Part shown: positions 37,500 through 50,079 of the stretch, piece by piece
Layout: each line of letters begins with the position of its first letter
Numbering within the stretch: the stretch's first letter is position 1
Source of the DNA: Raja brachyura
Lineage: Eukaryota
Reading direction: 5' to 3'
NCBI GenBank assembly: GCA_963514005.1
Contig: OY740789.1
Span: 51,398,001-51,462,000, forward strand
DNA length: 64,000 bases
Program-made: the position numbers and the translations under genes
The notes under the pieces: model-generated
Database searches by the model: none
The model's input: the letters and a program-made list of their open reading frames with translations, nothing else
What the model was told of the DNA's origin: nothing

Positions 37500-38352
37500 T
37501 AACAATGTAAAATTCTATTGTAATGGTATCATTCTACCCTTGCGGAATCCCTTACTTTGAGATTACTCATTAACCCTGTCTCATTTACACAGTGTGGTCT
37601 AAATTAAGTCATATCTGATTATTTCTGTGATTAATTGCTCCAGTAAACTGGATGAAATACTCTCAATAAACTCACCTCCAGACATCCAGCCTATTGGATT
37701 TTTCCACTCTATTATAAATTATAGACCCACATGATTTTTGTATTACCTTTGTACAAGCTCCTTTTACTTGGGATTTAATATTGTGAGCAACAATATAGAA
37801 AGTCTTTAACCTTCATTTTGAATTGTTTTATGACTACTGCATTCTTCCACGCCAATATTGAATGGTGGTGCTGGCTCGAAGCGCAGAAAGGCCTACTCCT
37901 GCACCTATTTTCTATGTTTCTGACCATACCGATTCTACTTTGTTACTATTTATCTCACTTTCTATTATCATGGCTAAACTTTTCCACCAAATGTCTACTT
38001 GCCAACTGTCCTGTCCAAACGTCAATTGACTTGGTATATTCCTTCCTCAATAATGCCCACCAAATAATCATGTCTCCATAACTGCATTTTGGTCAGTACA
38101 AATGAATCCTAATGAGCCCAGTTTTCTTTCAGCACGGCCAAATAAAAATAAATCAGATGCTAGGTATGTCACCCCCAAATGTACAAATGTTAAAACCAAT
38201 CATCATAACATCTGACATCCCAATTGAGATCAGCTAACTGATCAGCAACCGCTACTAAACTTGGCTAATCAAGTTTAGAGCAGCACAGTGGCATCTGCGG
38301 TTGAGTTGCTGCCATACAGTGCCAGAGACCCGAATTCAGTCCTGACTACGGG

Positions 38353-41300
38353 TCAGATTCAGATTCAGATTCAGATTCAATTTTATTGTCATTGCACTTT
38401 TCAGTGCAACAAAATGGTTTAGCCTGCAGTCATACAGAATAAATAACAAAACACACACTCAACAGTTTAACATCCACCACAGTGAGTCCACCAGGCAGCT
38501 CCTCACTGTGATAGAAACATAGAAATTAGGTGCAGGAGTAGGCCATTTGGCCCTTCGAGCCTGCACCGCCATTCAATATGATCATGGCTGATCATCCAAC
38601 TCAGTATCCCGTACCTGCCTTCTCTCCATACCCTCTGATCCCCTTAGCCACAAGGGCCACATCTAACTCCCTCTTAAATATTGCCAATGAACTGGCCTCA
38701 ACTACCCTCTGTGGCAGAGAGTTCCAGAGACCCACCACTCTCTGTGTGAAAAAAGTCCTTCTCATCTCGGTCCTAAAGGATTTCCCCCTTATCCTTAAGC
38801 TGTGACCCCTTGTCCTGGACCTCCCCAACATCGGGAACAATCTTCCTGCATCTAGCCTGTCCAACCCCTTAAGAATTTTGTAAGTTTCTATAAGATCGCC
38901 TCTCAATCTCCTAAATTCTAGAGAGTATAAACCGAGTCTATGCAGTCTTTGTTCATAAGACAGTCCTGACATCCCAGGAATCAGTCTGGTGAACCTTTTC
39001 TGCACTCCCTCTATGGCAATAATGTCCTTCCTCAGATTTGGAGACCAGAACTGTACGCAATACTCCAGGTGTGGTCTCACCCAGACCCTATACAACTGAA
39101 GTACAACCTCCCTGCTCCTATACTCAAATCCTTTTGCTATGAAAGCTAACATACCATTTGCTTTCTTCACTGCCTGCTGCACCTGCATGCCTACTTTCAA
39201 TGACTGGTGTACCATGACACCCAGGTCACGCTGCATCTCCCCTTTTCCTAATCAGCCTCCATTTAGATAATAGTCTGTCTTCCTATTTTTGCCACCAAAG
39301 TGGATAACCTCACATTTATCCACATTATACTGCATCTGCCAAACATTTGCCCACTCACCCAGCCTATCCAAGTCACCTTGCATTCTTCTAGCATCCTCCT
39401 CACAGCTAACACTGCCCCCCAGCTTAGTGTTATCCGCAAACTTGGAGATATTGCCTTCAATTCCCTCATCCAGATCATTAATGTATATTGTAAATAGCTG
39501 GGGTCCCAGCACTGAGCCTTGCGGTACCCCACTAGTCACTGCCTGCCATTGTGAAAACGACCCGTTTACTCCTACTCTTTGCTTCCTGTTTGCCAGCCAG
39601 TTCTCTATCCACATCAATACTGAACTCCCAATGCCATATGCTTTAAGTTTATATACTAATCTCTTATGTGGGACCTTGTCGAAAGCCTTCTGAAAGTCCA
39701 GATACACCACATCCACTGGTTCTCCCCTATCCATGCAACTAGTTACATCCTCGACAAATTCCACAAGATTCATCAGACATGATTTACCTTTCGTAAATCC
39801 ATGCTGACTTTGTCCAATGATTTCACCTCTTTCCAAATGTGCTGCTATCCCATCTTTAATAACTGACTCTAGCAGTTTTCCCACTACCGATGTTAGACTA
39901 ACTGGTCTGTAATTCCCCGTTTTCTCTCTCCCCCCTTTCTTAAAAAGAGGGGTTACGTTTGCTATCCGCCAATCCTCAGGAACTACTCCAGAATCTAAAG
40001 AGTTTTGAAAGATTATCACTAATGCATCCACTATTTCTGGTATTCCTTAAGTACTCTGGGATGCAGCCTATCTGGCCCTGGAGATTTATCGGCCTTTAAT
40101 CCATTCAATTTACCCAACACCACTTCCCGACTAACCTGGATTTCACTCAAGTCCTCCTTTGACCCGCGGTCCCCTGCTATTTCCGGCAGATTATTTATGT
40201 CTTCCTTAGTGAAGATGGAACCAAAGTAGTTATTCAATTGGTCCGCCATATCCTTGTTCCCCATGATCAACTCACCTGTTTCTGACTGCAAGGGACCTAC
40301 ATTTGTTTTAACTAATCTCTTTCTCTTCACATATCTATAAAAACTTTTGCAGTCAGTTTTTATGCTCCCTGCCAGTTTTCTTTCATAATCTATTTTTCCT
40401 TTCCTAATCAAGCCCTTTGTCCTCCTCTGCTGGCCTCTGAATTTCTCCCAGTCCTCTGGTATGCTGCTTTTTCTGGCTACTTTGTACGCATCATCCTTTG
40501 CTTTGATACTATCCCTGATTTCCCTTGTTATCCACGGATGCACTACCTTCCCTGATCTATTCTTTTGCCAAACTGGGATGAACAATTTTTGTAGTTCATC
40601 CATGCAGTCTTTAAATGTCTTCCATTGCGTATCCACCGTCAACCCTTTTAGAATTGATTGCCAGTCAATCTTGGCCAATTCACGTCTCATACCCTCAAAG
40701 TTACCTTTCCTTAAGTTCAGAACCATTGTTTCTGAATTAACAATGTCACTCTCCATCCTAATGAAGAACTCGACCATATTATGGTCACTCTTGCCCAAGG
40801 GGGCATGCACAATAAGACTGCTAACTAACCCTTCCTCATTACTCAATACCCAGTCTAAAATAGCCTGCTCTCTCGTTGGTTCCTCTACATGTTGATTTAG
40901 ATAACTATCCCGCATACTTTCCAAAAAATCCTCTTCATCAGCGCCCCCGCCAAAAGTCCCAAAAAGTCCGAAAGTCCCTATCCCAAGGCAAAAGTCCCAA
41001 AATCCCTATCTCTTCCCTCCTTGCTCCCCCTCTGTGCTGAGGTGATCCAGGCCTCCGATATTGTAACCCCGCCGGGTGATGGCAAGCAAGTCCCGCGGCT
41101 GAATCCGAGCTCCGCGAACGGGCTGGTACAAACTCCGCGGCCCGGGGCGGTCAAAGCTGCCGAAGCTGCCACGGAGTTTGCTGTTGTTGAGGGGCGGACG
41201 AAGCCGTTGTTGAGGGAGCTCTGGAAAAACAGGTCACTAATCTGTGACCTGCAAGCTCCCGACGATGATGTTGTCCACTGGCCCGCGGCCGAAACCAGTG

Positions 41301-41590
41301 GGCCCGCGACCAATCCTCCGCGGCTCCGAAGTTGGCTCAGAGATCGGGTTGCAACGCCACCACAGCCCCAAAGTCGGCCAGCCTCGCATTGGTAAGTCCT
41401 GGCTCTGCCTCCGGAGCCCCGAGGTCGGTCCCAGTTGGAGGCTGCCAGCTCCGCAATAGGCCTCAGCGCAGAAGGAGACGGAGGATATGGCAAGAGAGGT
41501 CACATCCCCCCGAAGGAAGAGTCAAAAAACAAGTTTCTCCAACGCCCCCCACATGTACACAACTAAAATAAACCGAAATAAACTGTAACA
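38353..41590 (-). mobile_element. GC-rich non-coding retroposon with (TCTGAA)n tail, split by CR1
   Basis: (CAGATT)n and TTTTATTGTC at 38353-38390. Body 40985-41590 resembles 5963-6708 in reverse. Confidence 0.6.
38512..40950 (-). mobile_element. Relatively young 5'-truncated CR1 LINE
   Basis: Long ORF2 segments of 297, 259 and 211 aa. The RT catalytic motif reads FADN instead of FADD. TTTCTATG tail. Confidence 0.95.
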
Positions 41591-42290
41591 ACGGGACCTA
41601 GTGGGTTTTTTCTGGGTGCTCCGGTTTCCAAAGAGGTACAGTTTTCTAGATTAATTGGCTTCTGTAAAGATTGTAAATTTGCCCTAGTGTGTAGGATAGT
41701 GTAGGGGATCATTGGTCGGCACAGATTCGATGGACCTGTTTCCAGGCTCTATCTCTAAACTAAACTTATCAGTATCACTCATCTACTCACTGACATTAAC
41801 CAACATGCCATGTCATAATGAATGTGCTGATCACAGTTTGATATTACTAAGTTAATTATATATTGGATTTTTAGTTTGACTTCAATGAACCGATGAAATA
41901 ATTTGCATCCAATGGATTATTTCAGCAATTTATGAAAATATCTATCAATTAATGTATAATAATGATCTTGGTAAACTATGAATTAAAAATGAATTGATCA
42001 CTTTCTGAGGTATAGTAACTGCAATAACTGGAAAGAATTATTAAGAAAATATGCCAAGTATTTGATTATTGCATTTATGGTACGTAATAATATAGTTGTG
42101 TGAATACAATGCATAGGGGTTGGCATGATAAAGTCAAATTGTTTATCAAAAACTAATTTTCAAAATATACAAATCAGTCAGAAAGGTATAATATTTCATA
42201 GAAGTACCATAATTTTAGCAAAAGCATTGGGCTGTGCTGTGATGAAAGAAGACTGTTTAATTGTGATATATACTGAAACAGAACAATGAT

Positions 42291-42357
42291 AGCAGCAGCA
42301 GCAACAGCAACAGCGGTGGCGGCAGCAGCAGTAGCAGCAGCAGCAGCAGTAGCAGCC
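42291..42357. repeat. Imperfect (AGC)n microsatellite
   Basis: AGCAGCAGC... with interruptions, inside a Rex-like 3' fragment. Confidence 0.9.
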
Positions 42358-43429
42358 TATAAACACAATACCCAATAGATAATATAATAAACAAACTCAA
42401 TAAAAGAAACAATACAGTAGAAAAACAAAATAAAGCCTGGTCCCTAGTTCAATGAAGAGAGTTCGTAATTTGAAATTTAGTTGGAGTTTGTAGTGTTCGA
42501 CAGCCCCTTGGCTGTGGGGAAGCAGCTGCCCCTGAACATCGCATTCCATTTTTCAGACTCCTATACCTTCTTCCCAAATGTCAGGAGACAATCTTTAATC
42601 AGCAGCTTTACTCATGTTACTAACATTAATAAGGTAAAAGAGTTATCGTAATATTTTTCAAGGAGGCTGAAGACCACATTTCTGTAATGATGGTTAGGAT
42701 GAGCAAGTTCCTAACAGGAAATTTGTTTGGAGCAAATTTGCATTAGGATCTTTTCAAAGATAAAATGTCATTTGATAGGATATTGTAATCATATTTTATT
42801 TAAGACCAGAGTTGAACATTGGTATAATCTTCATTTCTAGGAGTTAAACTGTTCTTATAATTTGTTTTATAATATTCATTTAAAAAATCAAAACATGGTT
42901 AGTATTTGAGACCAGTCAGGATTTAAATTAGGGTTAAACGATGCCAGTCTGTGGAAAAGTCATTCTCCTGACAGATACATTTTGCTTTTTTCCCCATAAA
43001 TACTAACTGATTCACTGACTGTTTCCAGCTTTCATTTCTGTTTTTCCTGAGCTGCATTGTTCTGGTTTTATACCAAGGAGAAATGACTGGCATACAAATA
43101 GATCTTTCCTTGCATCTGAAAATGAGTCCATGACTTTTCCAAATCACAGCCTTTAAGAATCTCACCATGTGACTTTTCAGACGCACTCCTCGGGAGAGGT
43201 GCCACAATAATATGAAAGCAAACAACACCTGCAGTAATATATTCAGGATACAAGCTATCACTGCTGAGGTTCTCCATCACAGTCCATTCACAGTAACTAA
43301 ACCATGTTCAATTTATGTTCTGGGAATGGCATTAAAAGTCCATCCTCTCCAAACTCAGAGGTTCTTGCTTTGTTGGAAAGGGGTCAGCATGAATTTTGAG
43401 TACTCTTTGCAACAAATGTCAGAACCTTT

Positions 43430-43706
43430 TAGAGATTAGACTTTAGAGATACAGTGTGGAAACAAGCCCTTCGACCCACCGAGTCAGCAATCACCCCATA
43501 CACAAGGACTATTCTACACATTAGGGACAATTAACCTACAAACCTGTATGTCTTTGGAGTGTGGGCAGAGCCCGGAGCCCCTGGAGAAAACCCACAAGGT
43601 CACAGGGAGAAGGTACAAACTCCATACAGTCAGCACCCGTAGTCAGGATTGAACCTGGGTCTCTGGTGCTGTAAAGCAGCAACTCCACCGCTGTGCCACT
43701 GGGCCA
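43430..43706 (-). mobile_element. V-SINE (HE1-like)
   Basis: Reverse SINE motifs. Confidence 0.9.
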
Positions 43707-43884
43707 CCCGATGGCATTGATGGAGGGTGAACCTTACATGGAGGCCTGATGGTGCAAAGAAATGGATTAAACACATGCTGGTTACAAATGAGTGGGTGGT
43801 TTTTAAAAACAGGGTCTGCACATGTCATAGTGAGATAGGATTTGTACTTCATTCTTAGGTGCAACATGTTGTTAATATGACACC

Positions 43885-44508
43885 CTCAGTATGCCGAGAC
43901 CTGCATGATCTCCTGGTTGCTAACCATTTTAACTCCTCTACCCATTCCCATACTGACCTTTCTGTCCTGTGCCTCCTCCATTGCCATAGTGGGAATGAGG
44001 CCATACTCTGGCAAACTAGAGGAACAGCACCTATTATTCCCTTTGGGTAGCTTTCAACCCAAATGTATGAACATTCAATTCTCCAATTTAGGTAACTACG
44101 TGGCCCTCCCCCTCTCCTCTCCCCATATATCCTCCCCTTCCCTTTTCTCCCCCTGCTTCCCTGTGTCCCACCTGGACTCACACCTATCCTCCCGCCCCAC
44201 CCATATTCCTTCCTCTAGCTTCACAATTCACTCTTCAACCCCCTTCTCGCACCTGTCTTTTAATGCCTGGCCTTTGCTTAACCATCTCAAATAACCCTCC
44301 TCACCTTTATCAGCCTATTACCTGCCAGGGTTTGTCCTGCCCCTCCTCTCTTCCAGCTTTCTCTTCTCCCCTCCCCCCAATCTATAAAAAGGGTTCCGAC
44401 AGCAAACATCACCTATCCATGTTCTCCAGAGATGTTGCCAGACCTATTGAAGTATTCCTGCACTTTGTGTCTTTTTTAAACCAGCATCTGTAGTTCCTTG
44501 TTTCTACT
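43885..44508 (+). mobile_element. Penelope-like 3' fragment (GIY-YIG C-terminus and terminus)
   Basis: VANHFNSSTHSHTDLSV and KLEEQHLLFPLGSFQP..MNIQFS, followed by the terminal motif. Confidence 0.85.
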
Positions 44509-44789
44509 GGAATTAAACAAAGTGCTGTTTGTTCTGTTACTTACTCCAATGGTAATGGTGGCTACAGTCCAGAACAAAGATGTATTTTTTCGGCCCATAG
44601 CAGTGGGCACATCAATTTGTCGATATCACCAGCCTTGATGTGGTGATTCACAGGCCACCATACCAATGAGCAGGTTAAAGACTCAGCAGTGTCAGTTTAA
44701 TTTAGTTTTAATTTTAGTTTAGATTTATTATTGTCACATGTATGAGTTACAGTGAAAAAATTTTGTTTGCATGCTTTCCAGACAAAGAA

Positions 44790-45100
44790 AAGTGGCACAG
44801 CGGTAGAGCTACTGCCTTTCAGCGCCAGAGACCCAGGTTCGATTCTGACTATGGGTGCTTGTCTGCACAGAGTTTATATGTTCTCCCCCATGACCTGCGT
44901 GGGTTTTCTCTCAGATCTCTGGTTTCCTCCCACACGCCAAAGACATCAAAGTTTCTAGGTTAATTGGCTTGGTATGAATGTAAAACAATTGTCTCTTGTG
45001 TGGGTAGGGTAGTGATTATGTGCGGGTATCGCTGGTCAGTGCAATCTCAGTGAGCCGAAGGGCCTGTTTTAATGCTGTATCTCTAAACTAAACTAAACTA
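44790..45100 (+). mobile_element. V-SINE (HE1-like)
   Basis: SINE motifs and (CTAAA)n tail. Confidence 0.9.
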
Positions 45101-45384
45101 TACATGATTGCAACCAAGAAGTCCACAGTGTACAGATAAGAGTAGTCAAGAGGGTTTTATTGTCATATGTCCTGAAACAGAACGATGAAATTTTTACTTG
45201 CAACAGCACAACAGATATGTAAACATAGTACTCTGTGAACACCCTTATAAACAGCAAAAAAAGTTATTTCTCTATCTATTTATGGATTCATTCATCTGTT
45301 CATGTATTTGTTTATTTGCCTATTTATTTGTTTATCTCTCTGTTTATCTATTTCCTATTTATTCATTTATTTCTTTATGTATTT

Positions 45385-45672
45385 GGGCCACACAGTAACT
45401 CAGTGGTAGAGTTGCTGCTTTACAATGCCAGAGACCTAGGTTCGATCCTGGCCGCGGGAGCTGCCTGTTCGGAGTTTTGTACATTCTCCCTGTGACCATG
45501 TGGTTTTTCTCAGGGTGCTCTTGTTTCCTCCCACATTCCAAAGACTTGTAGGTTTTTAGGTAAATTGGTTTCTGTAAACTGTCCCTGGTGCATAGGATAG
45601 AATTAATGTGGTGATCGCTGGTTGGCATGGACTTGGTGGGCTGAAGGGACTGTTTCCATTATCTCTAAACTA
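45385..45672 (+). mobile_element. V-SINE (HE1-like)
   Basis: SINE motifs. Confidence 0.9.
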
Positions 45673-46609
45673 TAGGCTCCTGTAGATCCCTTAGATGGTG
45701 GGGCGGGTAAACCATTTAGTGGTTTTACTATATATTTTACTATAAAATATATAGTAAAAAGTATAGATAGTTCAGAGGTCTGTCATGAGATAGATGGGAA
45801 GGCAGAACCGTTCTCCAGCTGATGAGGTCGGTTCAGTTGCCTAAGAACGGCTGGGATGAAACTGACCTTGAATTTTGGATCTCTCTGGGAGCCTGATTTG
45901 ACATCTTCATAGTCATTTAACTTGATCATAAGGTCATAGTTGATAGGAACAGAATTGGGTATTTTGGCCCATCAAGTCTACTCCACCATTCAATCTTTCT
46001 ATCTCTCCCTCCTAACCCCATTCTCCTGTCTTCTCCCCATAACCCCTGACATCCGGTAACACCCGTTACTCAATGGATGAAATTGCTCAAGGGATCAAGT
46101 ACATCAAGGGATGAGCACCAGTGAGAAGCAAGACCTGTCTGCAGTGATAGCTGTGAATGAGGTTAACTAACCATCAGCCATGCTCATCGATTCTCTTATT
46201 TTGGGGGATTGGATGGAGAAGCTATGGGGTTTTTAAATTGTAAAAACGTGTTATGGTGAGGCATTTTCAGTTGGATGATGTGGAAGATGGGGGAAGGTTA
46301 GAAACTTAGGAATCTTTGAAATATAAATCTTATGGACCATCCCTGGTGGAGTAATTTGTTTCTCATTTCTTCTCAGCCTACAATTACCTTTCCCTCAGCA
46401 GCATTAAAACTGAGTGGAACAGCAGGTATAATTGGAGTGGAAAAGGATGCAACAATAAAACCACACTGCCTGCTGCCAAATTGATTAAAGCACTACTAAT
46501 GATTTATCACTCAATTACTACAGAGATTTAGACATTTACAGGAGATTATTTGGTGATGTTTTATTAAACAGCATGAATTTTCTTTTAAAAGGAGAACTAA
46601 AATAACTGG

Positions 46610-46910
46610 GCAGCCACGGTGGCGCAGCGGTAGAGTTACTGCCTTACAGCGCCGGAAACCCGGGTTCGATCACGACTACGAATGCTGTCTGTACGGAGTT
46701 TGTACGTTCTACTCGTGACCACGTGGGTTTCCTCCGAGATCTTCGGTTTTCTCCCACACTCCAAAGATGTACTGTTATGTAGGTTAATTGGCTTGGTGTA
46801 TGTGTAAATTGTCTCTAGTGTGTGTAGGATAGTGTTAATGTGAGGGGATCGCTGGTCGGTGTGGGCTCGGTGGGTCGAAGGGCCTGTTTCCGCGCTATAT
46901 ATCTAAACTT
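46610..46910 (+). mobile_element. V-SINE (HE1-like), well preserved
   Basis: TGGCGCAGCGGTAG A box and GGTTCGATC B box. Confidence 0.95.
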
Positions 46911-47515
46911 GGATACCTGAAAAGCACACAGAAAGTATTCACAGTGATTTGATGCTTTTTCAGCATGTTTCAAATAATTGTCTAATGTAACTTCCAGAAA
47001 CCTTAATTTCATTATTATTAACAGCGTGCGTGGGATAACTTGTTAATTATTCTGTCACCTACATTGTCTTAATATATGATGTGCAATTCTAATTTATTTT
47101 GCATTGTGATTAATTATAAATGGCTTAGGCGGGCGTTCTGATTAGGCAGTTCATAACTGATTTAATTTACCAAAGTTTTGTGTATTTTTGTGTATTCCGA
47201 TTGATGAACCATGGGTCCTGTTTTCATTGCCATTGATTTTTACAATTTAGAAAATGACACCAAATCCTACTTAATTTGGTGTCATATTAGTTTGCGTTCT
47301 TTTAGTTTGATTTTTTTTAAATATCAAAAACCTTTTAAAATTGAAAAATAAAGTAAATTGAGTGAGATTAAAAAAAAACAATCAATTGAGGAGCAAAGGG
47401 AAATTATAGTTTTGTGGTACATTCTGCAAAATATTTGATTTAATGTGGATTTTTTTGCATTACCTACTGTCATACATTATTGGCTTCTAATCTGTGCCTT
47501 TATTTATCACTTTAG

Positions 47516-47718
47516 GAATGGAACTGCAGTTCCCAGTACGTGGAATCACTTTCACTTTACACGTGACGTAAGAAATATATGTTTGACAAAATGATGCAAT
47601 TACCAGAGGTATTACCTGAAGAAACTCCTGTTGGGGACAAGTAGCTTGACAGAAGAGATTTTCTCCATCCAAAAAGTGAAATGGACAAAGAATTTAAAAT
47701 AAGAATCTGGAGTGTGAG
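47516..47718 (+). other. Candidate non-coding exon
   Basis: Branch-like TTCTAAT, acceptor TTTATCACTTTAG| and donor GAG|GTAAGA. Stops occur in all three frames. Confidence 0.3.
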
Positions 47719-47749
47719 GTAAGAGTTCACATAAATGCAAATAATTTCA

Positions 47750-48045
47750 GGTAGCATGGTGGCGCAGCGGTAGAGTTGCTGCCTTAAAGTGCCAGAGACC
47801 CCAGTTTGATTCTGACTGCAGAGTGCTGCCTATACAGAGTTTGTATGTGCTCCCTGTGACCACGTGTGTTTTCTCCGGATGCTCCAGTTTCCTCCCACAC
47901 TCCAAAGACGTACAGGATTTTAGGTTAATTGGCTTTGGTAAGTTGTAAAATTGTCCCTAGTTGGTGTAGGTTAGTGTACGGGGTGATCGCTGGTCGGCGC
48001 GGACTTAGTAGGCCGAAGGGCCTGTTTCTGCACTGTATCTCTAAC
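47750..48045 (+). mobile_element. V-SINE (HE1-like)
   Basis: SINE motifs. Confidence 0.9.
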
Positions 48046-48969
48046 ATTAATCAGTCTGGAAAGCATAACATATAGGGAAAAAGGTGGACACAGAATTGCT
48101 GAAATCCATGTGCAATTTTATTCCTGGTTGCAGAAGGATAACTATTTTGGTAATTAACAGTGAAAATGTTTTTCTAAAATGCCATATGCAACTCCTGACT
48201 TTTTTTTTTAAGATTGTGCATGGGATCTTTTTCATTACCAGCAGAGGGTCACGCTTTCAAAATACATCATATTGTTATATTGTGGCATATTGTTTCCAAA
48301 CAAGGATTTATAAGAGAGAGGCAAATTCCCCGATTATAATATTCCAAATTCTCAATTCAAGAACTGCTATTAGATGAAATAAAATGCACATGCTGTTTAG
48401 CTAGTCAACAAATCTGAAAATTAGTGTTCAGTTAGTCTAATAAATATTATAGGGGAAATTACAGATATCCAGAAGTTGGAACTGAAATGTATATATTGTA
48501 TGAGCGTTGAACAATACAACACAGGAACATGCCTCTTCAGAACAGCTTTGGCCCCACTGCTATCAGACTTTTGAACCAATCACCTCTTCTACGACCTTTT
48601 TCCCCCCCAAAGGTACTGCAACACACTCTTTACCTAATTCAAATACAGTGAACCCTCATTTTAACGGACCTCTTTATTGCAGATTTCGGTTAAACGGGAT
48701 AGACCTAGAAACATCGAAAAATAGGTGCAGGAGTAGACCATTTAGCCCTTTGAGCCAGCACCACCATTCAATATGATCATGGCTGATCATCTAAAATCAG
48801 TACCTTATTCCTGCTTTTCCCCCCATATCCCTTGACTCATTTTGCCCTGAGGTAAATTAAACTTTCTCTTGAAAAGATCCAGTGAATTGGCCTACACTGC
48901 TTTCTGTGGCAGAGAATTCCACAGATTCACAACTCTCTGGGTGGAAAGGTTTTTCCTATTCTCAGTTCT

Positions 48970-49103
48970 TCTTCTTTCATGTGGCGTGCACAGCCTAAAG
49001 TCGTTGGACAACTTGTTCTATTTGATCTTCCGTTTGCGCACGTCAAGTTGATTGCATTAGTCGAAACAGGGTTGACCACGTGAAGGTTGCAATCTTCCAC
49101 CCC
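48970..49103 (-). mobile_element. 134-bp non-autonomous retroposon with ribozyme head and (AAG)n tail
   Basis: TSD TTCTCAGTTCT (11 bp exact; 15 bp with 2 mismatches at 48955-48969 / 49104-49118). 3' end GCACGCCACATGAAAGAAGAAG. No tRNA head. Confidence 0.85.
49050..49103 (-). ncRNA. HDV-like self-cleaving ribozyme (minimal P4)
   Basis: GGGGTGG-AA-GATTGCA-ACC-TTCACGT-GGT-CAACCCT-GT-TTCGA-CTAA-TGCAATC fits P1 (G1.U wobble, 6/7), P2 (7/7), P3 (3/3), L3, one P1.1 C-G pair and the J4/2 catalytic C. Confidence 0.8.
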
Positions 49104-49140
49104 CATCTTCTCAGTTCTAAATGGCCTACCCCTTATTCTT

Positions 49141-49830
49141 CTTTTTTAACTTAAGTTTTTATTCATTTTTCACAGAGATATATATAAAAACAGTGCAACA
49201 CCATCACCATAAATAAAATAAAATAAGAGAAGCAACAGCCAAAAAAAAGATAAATAAATAGAAAAAAAACCTAAAAATACAAAAAATAAAGAAATACAAA
49301 ATTGGAATAAGACCATGTGGCAGACTCACCAAATAAAAAATAAAAAAGTTACATTGATTAGTTATCTGGAGATATTTCAATATTCGCACAAACATACCAT
49401 CTACCTTCAAATAAACGGTCCATTTTTCCCCAAATCTTCTCAAATGAATTCGCTTTGGCTCTCCAGAAATATGTCAGTTTCTCCATAGAAAAGATGTCTC
49501 ACACAATTTCTAGCCACTGTTCCCGTTTTGGACTTTTTTCATTAAGCCACTGCCTGGTAATGGCCTTCTTACTTGCTGCAAGCAAAACCTTAATCAAATA
49601 GGTATCTTCTATCTTTACAATATCTTTAATGTGCCCCCAGATACATCACCGGGCAGGTATTTGGGATTTTATAACCCAAGATATTTTTAACAACTGTGTT
49701 AAAATTTCCCAGTATGGCCTTATCTTTACAGTTCCAGAAAATATGCGAGTGGTCCACCTCCTTACTCCTGCACAGCCTCCAACAGTGTTGTTGTACAGCA
49801 AGTTGTCTGCTTTTTATTTTGGGTGTTATA
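49141..49830 (-). mobile_element. 5'-truncated L1-clade LINE
   Basis: Zinc-knuckle CWRLC...DHSHIFWNC and KKAITRQW motifs, A-rich tail, and 13-bp TSD ACCCCTTATTCTT (49128-49140 / 49831-49843). Confidence 0.85.
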
Positions 49831-50079
49831 ACCCCTTATTCTTAAACTGGGGCCCCTGGTTCTGGACTCTCTACAGATGGCTGCCTATGCCGCCTCTGCC
49901 TCTCCTGCCGCTTACTGCCCTGGCTGCCCACACCACACCCAGCTGACCATGCCACCCATGCTTGCCACTATCACCCCTTACCTTCACTCCTGCTGCCCAC
50001 AGGTTGCAACCATTGACTCCGCTGATTCATGCCTCCCCCCCCCCCCCCCAAGGATTCCAGGCCCACAGTTCTGGAATGA

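Larger units (their letters stand above)
38281..41766 (+). mobile_element. V-SINE split by nested insertions (head 38281-38352, remainder 41595-41766)
   Basis: The head stops at CTGACTACGGG; the V-domain and tail resume after 41591. Confidence 0.75.
48700..49872 (-). mobile_element. CR1 3' fragment, interrupted twice
   Basis: Collinear with 38512-38820 once the inserts 48970-49103 and 49141-49830 are removed. Confidence 0.85.

Noticed and set aside
38601-40924. Active or domesticated CR1 reverse transcriptase
   Set aside because: 5'-truncated, frameshifted into three ORFs, and the catalytic motif is mutated to FADN.
42291-42357. PolyQ/polyA coding tract
   Set aside because: Contains TAG interruptions, lies within a decayed LINE 3' end and has no exon context.
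42923-43439. ORFs of 112, 70 and 75 aa in unique sequence
   Set aside because: Some use non-ATG starts, none has a recognisable domain, and I found no convincing splice boundaries.
45819-45862. CTGATGAG...GAAAC hammerhead-like motif
   Set aside because: Five extra bases separate the possible stem II from GAAA, there is no stem III or cleavage triplet, and the segment matches a reversed Rex1 3' region (compare 34920-34952).
46610-46680. tRNA genes at SINE heads
   Set aside because: A/B boxes run into the V-domain and LINE-like tail with no complete cloverleaf; these are SINE copies.
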